64,000 nucleotides of DNA from an uncultured Nitrospira sp. (lineage in GTDB: Bacteria > Nitrospirota > Nitrospiria > Nitrospirales > Nitrospiraceae): the NCBI GenBank assembly GCA_964556305.1, contig CAZKVY010000012.1, positions 5,224 to 69,223 on the forward strand, given 5' to 3'. Both the position numbers and the translations under genes were made by a program. Positions 10,400-18,842 of the stretch are shown piece by piece. The notes beneath the pieces are model-generated. The model searched no databases. It was given only the letters and a program-made list of their open reading frames with translations, and was not told where the DNA came from. Each line of letters opens with the position of its first letter. Position 1 is the first letter of the stretch.

Positions 10400-10906
10400 T
10401 TATTCCGTCCTGGGCTTATGTCCTACAGACGTGGGATGCCCGACCGATCCGTCAGGGGCTTTCGCACCTTTAGGCCATAAATGAAAGATGATACCGTCTG
10501 TTTTGGCTGCGGCCGCAGCAACTTCTTTGGCCTGCGCATCCGGCATGTCCAGCACCTGAACACGACCTGTGGCAATTTCTACTTCGTGATCGTGATAGAA
10601 CTTGTTCCACACATCGAGTGGTACCGCGGAGCGGGAAACGGGTTTCGCCACGAAGTACTCCACATCGGTCAACACAGCATTGGGCTCAGTCGACTCGAAC
10701 AGCAGACACTGCAAAACCTCGGGCTTAATCGCTTTGCAGTAGTGATGGAAAGGACCGGCCACCGATCCATCTTCCATCTTGTGCGGGGCCATCACGTGAA
10801 TATCGAATCCGTCGGCCGGACCCGCCTTCATATCCGCGGCCGATACTGGCCCGCCGATGGCGAGCGCCAGCGTGCTCGCACCAAGCACGCAAAGATGTCG
10901 AAACAT
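10400..10906 (-). CDS. DUF1264/OBAP-like His-rich periplasmic protein (paralogue 2)
   Basis: Sec signal (…GGPVSA-AD); same motifs and highly similar to 9798-10346; RBS AGGAGG. Confidence 0.75.
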   Translation of the reverse strand: MFRHLCVLGASTLALAIGGPVSAADMKAGPADGFDIHVMAPHKMEDGSVAGPFHHYCKAIKPEVLQCLLFESTEPNAVLTDVEYFVAKPVSRSAVPLDVWNKFYHDHEVEIATGRVQVLDMPDAQAKEVAAAAAKTDGIIFHLWPKGAKAPDGSVGHPTSVGHKPRTE

Positions 10907-11017
10907 AACAGGCCTCCTCTGGTTGGGGTTGGAATGCGTTGATGTGTCTTATCGACAGACCGATCCATCGTGCCTCTCTGCCCGTAAGAGTCACCGCCGT
11001 CAGAAAGGATTCGCGTT

Positions 11018-12094
11018 TTATTTCGGCAACTTCGGCATGCTGAACTTTATCGGCTCTCCCGTCAACGCCTTCAGGAACATCACGAGATCAACTTTCTCGT
11101 CCGCCGTCAAATTCAGCGGGTGCACGAGCGGACTGAGAGTGGGATTGCTGCCGCCTCCCTGGTCTAAGAATTCGACGACTTCCTCCAAAGTCTTGAAGGC
11201 ACCGTCGTGCATGTAGGGAGCAGTTTCGGTAACACTGCGAAGAGTGGGGGTTTTGAACGCCCGTTTGTCATTCTCCGCCCTGCTGACAGTGTAACGTCCC
11301 AGATCCTCTTTCATCGGCCCTACTTGAGGAACACCGAGATTGTGGAATTGGTTGTCTGTAAAGTTCGCCCCGTTGTGACACAGAATACATCGGGCCTTCC
11401 CTTTGAAAAGACTCAACCCTCGGACCGCCGCTTCATCCATAGCCTTTGCATCGCCGAGCACATATTTATCAAAAGCGGAATTCGTGGATAGTACCGTACG
11501 CTCATAGGCGGCGATTGCCTCGGCAATGCCCTGTAAATTGACGTCCGTCCCGAAGACGGCTCGGAATTGTTGTTGATAGCCCTTGATCTTTCCCAGTTTG
11601 GTCACCACATGTTCGTGAGTCTCCGCCATCTCAACAGGGTTATGAATCGGCCCGATCGCTTGCTCTTCCAACGACCGCGCGCGGCCGTCCCAGAATTGCA
11701 CCTGATTAAATCCCGTGTTGTAGACGGTCGGCGATTGGCGACCGCCGACGCCACCGCCTACGCCAATGGACGTCTGCCGGGAGTCCGCAAATCCAGTCCC
11801 CGGGTTATGACAAAACGCGCAGGAGATCGCGTTATTTTTTGATAGGCGTCCGTCAAAATAGAGCTGCTTTCCAAGCTCAAGTTTCGCCGCGTAGTTCACG
11901 TTCGAGGACGGGGTGGGAACCACCGTCGGCAGTGGCCCGATATCAGGCACTGCTATGCCGCCGATGGTCACCGTTCCGTGAGGCGCGTATCCGGAAGGTG
12001 AGGCACCCACGAGACTCTCGCCGATCCCAAATGCAGAGACACCCAACAGCACGAGGATACAGCAGAGCGGCAAAACCATTCGCACCATATACAT
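11018..12094 (-). CDS. Diheme bCcP/MauG-family protein
   Basis: CAFCH and CILCH heme motifs, PTVYN, QFWDGRA, NPVEM, FKTPTLR, APYMHDG; N-terminal signal. Confidence 0.9.
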   Translation of the reverse strand: MYMVRMVLPLCCILVLLGVSAFGIGESLVGASPSGYAPHGTVTIGGIAVPDIGPLPTVVPTPSSNVNYAAKLELGKQLYFDGRLSKNNAISCAFCHNPGTGFADSRQTSIGVGGGVGGRQSPTVYNTGFNQVQFWDGRARSLEEQAIGPIHNPVEMAETHEHVVTKLGKIKGYQQQFRAVFGTDVNLQGIAEAIAAYERTVLSTNSAFDKYVLGDAKAMDEAAVRGLSLFKGKARCILCHNGANFTDNQFHNLGVPQVGPMKEDLGRYTVSRAENDKRAFKTPTLRSVTETAPYMHDGAFKTLEEVVEFLDQGGGSNPTLSPLVHPLNLTADEKVDLVMFLKALTGEPIKFSMPKLPK

Positions 12095-12256
12095 GACCTC
12101 TTGTCTGGATTTCGTGTCATAGAACCAATGAGATTACTGACATCGCGCCGGGTATTGTACGCAGATTCATGGATTTGGTCGAGACTCTGATTCACCGTGA
12201 GACATGCCTCGAAATGCGTGGCACCCGACGATGGGCAGTGAAAAGGCGCAGCTTGT

Positions 12257-12850
12257 CTAGCGCATGGTGGAGCGCATGAGACTATCGGCTTGCGGAGGAA
12301 GAAATCCCTGATACCCTTCATGCCGTTCGGCGAGTTCGAGTACCGAAAAGGGCTGTCCGTCAATCATCTCAGGAGCAGTAAAAATCTGCCGCAGGGGGCC
12401 TCCGCGCGCGCCGACGATTTCGCCGGCAAAGACCACGCCCTTTGATTTTAGTTTAAGGATTGCCTGCTCGATATTCTCCACTCTCACTGCCACATGATGA
12501 AACACACGATCGCCGAACTTCTCCACCCAACGCGGAATGATGCTGGTCTGACCCCGAGCGTCCGGATAAGCCTGGTCGACAAACAAGGCCGGATATCCGG
12601 CTTTCCTGAAAACTTTTGCATACCAATCGTCGTAATAAATCGTTTCATCGTATTCATACCCGAGGGCGATGAACTCCTCCGCCCGGTGATCGATGTTCAT
12701 GGTTCGGATGGTTAAGTGATCCATTACCGGCACAAACCCAACGCCAATGTCGTCCAGTGCGCGACGAAGCATTCCGGCCGCGCTATTTTGTGAGAGGAAT
12801 TCAGCCGTCATTCGTGCAATGATGGCATCAAGCTCAGCGGCTTGCCCCAT
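12257..12850 (-). CDS. VOC/glyoxalase-fold metalloprotein (His/His/Glu), HglS/HPPD-like candidate
   Basis: DHLTIRT, FHHVAVRV and LELAER motifs; RBS AAGGAGG; start overlaps the ALDH stop. Confidence 0.65.
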   Translation of the reverse strand: MGQAAELDAIIARMTAEFLSQNSAAGMLRRALDDIGVGFVPVMDHLTIRTMNIDHRAEEFIALGYEYDETIYYDDWYAKVFRKAGYPALFVDQAYPDARGQTSIIPRWVEKFGDRVFHHVAVRVENIEQAILKLKSKGVVFAGEIVGARGGPLRQIFTAPEMIDGQPFSVLELAERHEGYQGFLPPQADSLMRSTMR

Positions 12851-14390
12851 GGGTCCCTCCTTCCGCCTGCCCAAAAGTGATACCCTGCGCCAACGGCAAT
12901 TCAGTCCCCCAATTGATGGTCGTGGTCTGGCGTCGCATGTAGGCCTTCCAGGAGTCAGATCCCGCCTCACGCCCGCCGCCTGTGCTCTTCTCTCCGCCGA
13001 ATGCTCCGCCGATCTCCGCACCGGAGGTGCCGATGTTGATATTGGCAATGCCGCAATCGCTTCCCGCCGTCGACAGGAATGTCTCGCTATGGCGAAGATG
13101 AGTGGTAAACAGCGCAGACGATAGACCCTGAGGAACGGCATTCTGCATTTGAATGGCTTCATCCAGGGTTCGATACGTCATGACGTACAAGATCGGCGCA
13201 AACGTTTCCTGCTGAACAATCTCCCAATGATTCTGGGCTCGCACAATCGTGGGTTCGACATAATATCCCGGACGGGATAACACCCGTCCTCCACAGAGCA
13301 CCTCCCCGCCGGCTTTCCTCGCCACATCGAGAGCCGATCGATAGCGCGCCACCGCTTCACCATCGATCAACGGCCCCATCATGACGTGAGGCTGAAGCGG
13401 ATCCCCGATCGTCACCTGCTCATAGGCGGAAAGGAGGCGCGGTATCAGCTTTTCACACTGGGACTCCTGCACAATCAGACGCCGGGTGCTGGTACAGCGC
13501 TGTCCCGCGGTGCCGACGGCGCCGAAGACAATCGCTCTGGTGGCCAAGTCGAGATCGGCGGTCTCATCGACAATGATGGCATTGTTCCCACTCAGTTCCA
13601 GCAAACTCCTCCCCAGGCGCCGCCCGACCACCTCCGCCACATGCCGTCCCACCGGCACAGATCCGGTAAATGAGATCAGCGGAAGTCGTTCATCCCCAAG
13701 CATGCGCTCGGCCAGTTCAATCCGATCCGTCGTGAACAGCCCGAACACACCTGGGTATCCCGCCTCTTCCATGACGCGATTGCAGAGATGCTGTATGGCT
13801 AACGCGCAGAGCGGCGCTTTCGGCGACGGTTTCCACAACACCGTATTTCCCGCCACGGCCGCGATAAACGCATTCCAGGCCCAGACCGCAAGTGGAAAGT
13901 TGAACGCGGTGATCACGCCTATTACGCCCAACGGATGCCATTGTTCATACATTCGGTGCTGCGGCCGTTCCGAGTGCATGGTATGTCCATACAGCATGCG
14001 GGAAAGCCCCACGGCGAAATCCGCCATGTCGATCATCTCCTGCACTTCACCATCGCCCTCAGCTTTGATCTTCCCCACTTCGAGCGAGATCAGGCTGCCG
14101 AGGGCATCCTTTTGTTCTCTCAATGCGTGCCCGATCAGACGAATTACCTCGCCGCGTTTGGGGACCGGAACCGTCCGCCAAGACCGATATGTCTGCTGAA
14201 GGCTGGTCAACAAGGCGTCGTAATCTTCATCGGAGCACCCATACACGCGAGCTAGGGGCATTCCTGTCGCTGGATTGTGGGATTCCATTACCCCAGCCTG
14301 CGTCGTACGCGTCCAGGCTGAGGACGAACAGCCTCCTCCCGACTGTTGCTGAGCCAAACCCAACCGTTTGAATAATTCTTGTGTGGTCAT
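12834..14390 (-). CDS. Aldehyde dehydrogenase family 7 (piperideine-6-carboxylate / aminoadipate-semialdehyde dehydrogenase)
   Basis: TAFNFP, WKPS, FTGS, LELSGN, GTAGQRCT (catalytic Cys), ETFAPIL, GAEIGGAFGGEK.TGGGRE.GSDSWK.YM, typical of ALDH7. Confidence 0.9.
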   Translation of the reverse strand: MTTQELFKRLGLAQQQSGGGCSSSAWTRTTQAGVMESHNPATGMPLARVYGCSDEDYDALLTSLQQTYRSWRTVPVPKRGEVIRLIGHALREQKDALGSLISLEVGKIKAEGDGEVQEMIDMADFAVGLSRMLYGHTMHSERPQHRMYEQWHPLGVIGVITAFNFPLAVWAWNAFIAAVAGNTVLWKPSPKAPLCALAIQHLCNRVMEEAGYPGVFGLFTTDRIELAERMLGDERLPLISFTGSVPVGRHVAEVVGRRLGRSLLELSGNNAIIVDETADLDLATRAIVFGAVGTAGQRCTSTRRLIVQESQCEKLIPRLLSAYEQVTIGDPLQPHVMMGPLIDGEAVARYRSALDVARKAGGEVLCGGRVLSRPGYYVEPTIVRAQNHWEIVQQETFAPILYVMTYRTLDEAIQMQNAVPQGLSSALFTTHLRHSETFLSTAGSDCGIANINIGTSGAEIGGAFGGEKSTGGGREAGSDSWKAYMRRQTTTINWGTELPLAQGITFGQAEGGTHGASR

Positions 14391-14395
14391 TTCAT

Positions 14396-15487
14396 CTAGG
14401 AACGGAAACAGTCCCCGAAGCGATTGTCCAACACGTCCTGCAAGTGAAAATGTTCCTGCCTGATGAAGCCCCGATAGGCTGAGGGCTTGGCCATCACCAG
14501 ATCAAGCACGCAACAAAGGGATGACGCGGTGGTGACTTGAATCGCAGACCATGTACGTCCGAACATCGTTCGTGGATACACTTTCTTCACGTAAGTCTCC
14601 TCAAACAACTCACCCTGCCGGGTACCCGTGACAGCCGCGTACATCAACACCACATCCTGATGCGTCTGCGGAATCGCCCGCTCCAGGATCCGCTTGAGCG
14701 TCTCCCGGTCCTCGTTCAGCTTGAGATCGTTCATGAGAAATTGGATTTTTTCGCAATGGCCGGGGTACCGGAGGGTCTTGTAATTCATCGTTCGGACCCG
14801 GCCACGATAGGTGTCTGCTAAGGTGCCCAGTCCGCCGGAGGTGTTGAACGCTTCGTAGAGCAGACCGTCCAATTCAATCGTCTCGTATCCTTCCAGAGGC
14901 CTCAGGTGGACATCCTGCCCGCCTTCAATCCCGACGCACACGTTGCCGTACTCATTCAGCAACCCGTCGGTAGACCACGTCAGGGAATACTTTAAGGCAT
15001 TGCTCGGGTGGACCGGGAGCGCGCCCACACGCATCTTGACGTTGTCGATGGATTCGAAGTGGCCGATGAGGTCGTTCGTAACGATGCTGATAAAGCCCGG
15101 AGCCAAACCGCACTGAGGAAGAAACGCCCGATCGGCGCCCTCGCTAATCGCCTTGACGCGGCCGGTCACGGCCACGTCTTCGGTCAGGTCGAAATAGTGA
15201 AGATGATGAGCTCGCGCAATCTCGGCGACAGCCGGATTATAAAAATACGGCAGACTCGAGATAACAGCATCAAAGCGGTGCGAATTAACATAGGCGACCA
15301 CAGAGTCGGGTCGGCGTAGATCCAATGCGCAGGGAGTGACCGTCGAAAGCGTCAGGGCATCGATCAATCGTTTTGGTGCATCAAGGGTGATATCGGCCAG
15401 ATGCACCTGGTACTGCCCCATGGCCGACAGCAGCCCTGCAACGAGAGACCCGATTTTCCCGCATCCGAGCACCAATACCTGAGGCAT
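14396..15487 (-). CDS. Saccharopine dehydrogenase-family protein, probably lysine 6-dehydrogenase-like
   Basis: GCGKIG Rossmann motif, HYFDLTED, CGLAPG, LKYSLTWSTDGLLNEY, YKTLRYPGH; directly upstream of the ALDH7 gene. Confidence 0.8.
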   Translation of the reverse strand: MPQVLVLGCGKIGSLVAGLLSAMGQYQVHLADITLDAPKRLIDALTLSTVTPCALDLRRPDSVVAYVNSHRFDAVISSLPYFYNPAVAEIARAHHLHYFDLTEDVAVTGRVKAISEGADRAFLPQCGLAPGFISIVTNDLIGHFESIDNVKMRVGALPVHPSNALKYSLTWSTDGLLNEYGNVCVGIEGGQDVHLRPLEGYETIELDGLLYEAFNTSGGLGTLADTYRGRVRTMNYKTLRYPGHCEKIQFLMNDLKLNEDRETLKRILERAIPQTHQDVVLMYAAVTGTRQGELFEETYVKKVYPRTMFGRTWSAIQVTTASSLCCVLDLVMAKPSAYRGFIRQEHFHLQDVLDNRFGDCFRS

Positions 15488-15607
15488 CCGTCACCTCATG
15501 CTCATTATACTCTTTCAGATTCAAATCACGAGACTTTATGAGCGCAGCTGATGGATGACAAAAGACGGGTGTGCACAACAAACAGACGTATCGGAATGGG
15601 GGCCGGA

Positions 15608-16393
15608 TTACGAAGAGGCCAGACGGGAACGAGCGGGTGTGATGAGTGCGGGCGATTTCGACGAGGAAGGTGCGGGCTGACTTTCCATCGCCTCGAACAG
15701 GAGGCAACACTTGAGGCGGCCACAGACTCCTAGCAATTTGGGATCATCGACGGGAAGCCCCAACACACGAGCTTGCTTCACGGTTACCGGTTTCACTTCC
15801 GTCAGAAATGCCGCACAGCACAAGACCAATCCGCAGGTATCGATTCCGCCTAATCGGCTGGCTTCGTCCCTGACTCCCACCTGACGCATTTCGATCCGGC
15901 CACCGAACCGGCGAGCGAGCAAGCGCACTAATTCGCGGAAATCGATGCGATCCTCAGCCGTATAGACGAAGGTCATCTGCCGGCGATGAAACGAACAAAA
16001 CACTTCGACCAGCTTCATCCTGAGTCCCAAGGCTGAGGCCTGCTCCCGGCAGGCCTTCATGCCCTCGGATGCCAGCCGTTCATAGCGATCGATGGTTGCC
16101 GCATCTTCAGCGGTGGCTTTGCGGGCAAGGGGCTGCAAGACACGCATGGGTGGGATAAATGGCATCGCCTGGGGAGCTCCGTATACAACTCCATAGCTCA
16201 GTTCACCCGCGACCTCGATCAGTACGCGATCGCCTACAGCGAGGTTGCATTCCCCCGCATCGAATTTCTTAACCTCGCCGCGGTCACGGATCTTCACATC
16301 GACGACCCTGACGACCGAGGGGTAGGGCTTGGCAAGTTCTTGCGCGAGAAGTTTATCGACCATGGCCGAATGATACACCATCCGATCTTTCAA
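15608..16393 (-). CDS. PSP1-domain (YaaT/RicT-like) protein
   Basis: RIDFRELV...RIEMRQVGVRDEA...GGIDTCGLVLCC and GVCGRLKCCL motifs. Confidence 0.85.
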   Translation of the reverse strand: MKDRMVYHSAMVDKLLAQELAKPYPSVVRVVDVKIRDRGEVKKFDAGECNLAVGDRVLIEVAGELSYGVVYGAPQAMPFIPPMRVLQPLARKATAEDAATIDRYERLASEGMKACREQASALGLRMKLVEVFCSFHRRQMTFVYTAEDRIDFRELVRLLARRFGGRIEMRQVGVRDEASRLGGIDTCGLVLCCAAFLTEVKPVTVKQARVLGLPVDDPKLLGVCGRLKCCLLFEAMESQPAPSSSKSPALITPARSRLASS

Positions 16394-16540
16394 TTGAAAT
16401 CCTCAACACTATCTCGGCGCTGGGAGACACAATCCGTAAAGAAGGAAGGCGAGTCGAGCAACCTAGACATAACTCAATGAAAATGTTGAGTTTATAAACG
16501 GGGAAGACGAAACAGGAAATATGTTAGGCTATCCGGGGGC

Positions 16541-16834
16541 ATGAATTCGGCGCAGTGGGCGCCCACAAGAAAGCCAGTGAGGGGCACAGTGCGAATACCA
16601 CACAAAGTCGTCCTTCCGTTCGGGTACCATATTATGGTCCGGCAAGTCACCGATTCTGAGATGGACCGCCAGGATGCCAACGCGGATGGGATTTGGGACA
16701 ATGAAGCGAAGACGATCTATATCCGCAAGCGGCTTCCCGTCACGCGACGACGCTACATTCTCGCCCATGAGCTCGGCCACGCATGGCTCGACTGGCAACA
16801 TCGCTATCTGGACGACGGAAAAGCCCGCAGCTAA
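16541..16834 (+). CDS. Stand-alone ImmA/IrrE (DUF955)-like Zn-metallopeptidase domain
   Basis: IYIRKRL...RRRYILAHELGH (HExxH); start codon uncertain. Confidence 0.7.
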   Translation: MNSAQWAPTRKPVRGTVRIPHKVVLPFGYHIMVRQVTDSEMDRQDANADGIWDNEAKTIYIRKRLPVTRRRYILAHELGHAWLDWQHRYLDDGKARS

Positions 16835-16892
16835 TCCTCCCCCTGAGAGGCACACGGAAGAATGACCAGACGATCCAAGCCAAGTAGCTTCC

Positions 16893-17375
16893 TCAATCGT
16901 TGTGAATACGTGCGAGTCGAAGGATTGCATTCCACTCGGTAGTCTTCACCTGCTGCACCGACAAGCGCGATCCCTTTCGAAGCAGTTCCATGCCCTTCAA
17001 GCTTGCCTCCTCTCTCAGCCGATCCAACGAGAGCGCGACAGCAAACTTGCGCACGAATCGGATATCCACCACATCCCAGCGGGGCTCGTCAGGATCGCTC
17101 GCCGGGTCATAATGCGCGTCCTTCTTATCGAATTGTGTGGCGTCGGGGTACGCAGTTTTGATCACTTCCGCTATCCCCACCACGGACGGAGGCTGAGCGT
17201 TGCTGTGATAAAACAAGACCTGGTCACCGATATTCATCGCCCGCATAAAATTGCGCGCTTGGTAGTTCCGCACCCCATCCCAGGACGTCGTCTGCTTCGG
17301 CGAGCGCGCCAAATCGTCGATTGAAAACGCGTTGGGTTCGGATTTCATTAGCCAATAGTGTCGTCCCTCTGCCAT
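16893..17375 (-). CDS. EVE domain protein
   Basis: YWLMKSEP, WDGVRNYQARNFMR, GD.VLFYHS, PRW.VVD, SRLSVQ.V. Confidence 0.92.
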   Translation of the reverse strand: MAEGRHYWLMKSEPNAFSIDDLARSPKQTTSWDGVRNYQARNFMRAMNIGDQVLFYHSNAQPPSVVGIAEVIKTAYPDATQFDKKDAHYDPASDPDEPRWDVVDIRFVRKFAVALSLDRLREEASLKGMELLRKGSRLSVQQVKTTEWNAILRLARIHND

Positions 17376-17457
17376 GCAATCCTCCTGAACACTTGGTGTC
17401 TGTCACGCCTCCGTGTATGCTGAGCGTTCCGCCTCTTCGGCCAACCTTGGAGCACCT

Positions 17458-18276
17458 ATGGAACTGACGCCCATGTGGTTCGGCGTGTATAAGACCTCGA
17501 AATTTCTGCTGTATCCCTTGTCCTGGATCATCGCCGCGGGACTACTAACTTTGCTCATCGCGGTCCTGCCGGTCACGCCCCGACGAACTACCTGGGTCAG
17601 GCGCTTCGCGTTCTGCACTATTCTGCTATTGCTGTTTACCGCCACCCCCCTTCTTTCAAACATCTATATCTCGCTGCTTGAGGCACGGTATCCGCCGTTC
17701 ACAGCGGCCCCTGCATCGAAATTTGACGCTGTGGTTGTTCTGGCAGGGGGCGTCTTTCACAAAGGATCGCTCCGACCAGCCGACGAACCCTCGGAAGACT
17801 CACGCCATCGTACCGCCTGTGGTGCTGAGTTATGGCGCCAGGGCCTGGCTCCCAGGCTGTTGCTCACAGGGGGCGACGCGACGGTTCTTCGAACCGGACC
17901 GCCTGAATCCCGTGAAATGAAACGGTGGGCGCTCCGCCTGGGTGTGCCGGAATCAGTCATCCAAGTGGAGGAGAACTCCCGAACGACATACGAAAACGCG
18001 GTGCAGACCAAGGCCGTTCTGGGGCCAAGCCACATCCTGCTGGTCACTTCCGCCTATCACCTCCCGCGCGCCGTAGGCTTGTTTCAAAAGCAAGGCTTTG
18101 TGGTCACCCCGGTGGCCTGCGGGTATGAAACGACCCACCATCCGCAGCAGGCATGGGAACAAAAAACCGTTTTCGACTTCATCCCCACGGCTCGCGCGCT
18201 TCTTCTGAGCACACAGTCCATCGACGAAGTGGCCGGAATCCTGGTCTATTGGATCACCGGGAAGTGGCAACCGTGA
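17458..18276 (+). CDS. YdcF family (DUF218) membrane protein
   Basis: N-terminal TMs, VVVLAGG, LLLTGG, EENSRTTYENA, LVTSAYHLPRA. Confidence 0.9.
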   Translation: MELTPMWFGVYKTSKFLLYPLSWIIAAGLLTLLIAVLPVTPRRTTWVRRFAFCTILLLLFTATPLLSNIYISLLEARYPPFTAAPASKFDAVVVLAGGVFHKGSLRPADEPSEDSRHRTACGAELWRQGLAPRLLLTGGDATVLRTGPPESREMKRWALRLGVPESVIQVEENSRTTYENAVQTKAVLGPSHILLVTSAYHLPRAVGLFQKQGFVVTPVACGYETTHHPQQAWEQKTVFDFIPTARALLLSTQSIDEVAGILVYWITGKWQP

Positions 18277-18309
18277 GCATCATCTTCATGATCTACCGCG
18301 CGGCATTGA

Positions 18310-18681
18310 TCACTCCGTCGCGGAGTCCTCTTCGAGATGTGTGATAAGCGCGGCGTACGTCAACTCTCGAATCCGCGCCTTGGATGAGCCCGGCGGACCG
18401 AGATTCGTTTCCAGCCACACCTGCTCCATCACCTGGCTGCGGGCCTCGTTACAATGCCGCCACATTTCATGGAGGAACTCAAGCGGCATGCCGACCTGCA
18501 AACCTTCTGACTCAATCCGATCGTCTAAAATCGAGAGCAAATCCGCAATCGCATGATCAGGGTGATACGGAGGCGTGGAAAAGCCGAACGCCTGCTGAGC
18601 CTGCGACTCCTGCCGAGCTTGCTCGACAAGATCACGCATGTACTCTTTTAATAAGCCGATGATATGGCCGGATACACGCAT
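18310..18681 (-). CDS. Hypothetical protein
   Basis: Helical, protein-like ORF from MRVSGHIIG; no motif recognised. Confidence 0.6.
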   Translation of the reverse strand: MRVSGHIIGLLKEYMRDLVEQARQESQAQQAFGFSTPPYHPDHAIADLLSILDDRIESEGLQVGMPLEFLHEMWRHCNEARSQVMEQVWLETNLGPPGSSKARIRELTYAALITHLEEDSATE

Positions 18682-18842
18682 CGGCGACAGAGTAGCCGCA
18701 ACCGTCCCCGGGGGGCAAGACCGGAGTCCGGAGCCTCTCGGTTGACCGTCGATTCGGTGGTTCTCTATGATAGCAGCGGAAACCAGTCCCAAGGGACGTC
18801 AGCCCTCTTCATGGCTGAAAAAAACCAGCGAGCGCCCTATCC

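Noticed and set aside
9455-10942. Long plus-strand ORFs opposite the DUF1264 and cytochrome genes
   Set aside because: Antisense shadows of GC-rich coding sequence. The same applies to most short track ORFs opposite ALDH, cysS, cimA, lysC and pilY1.
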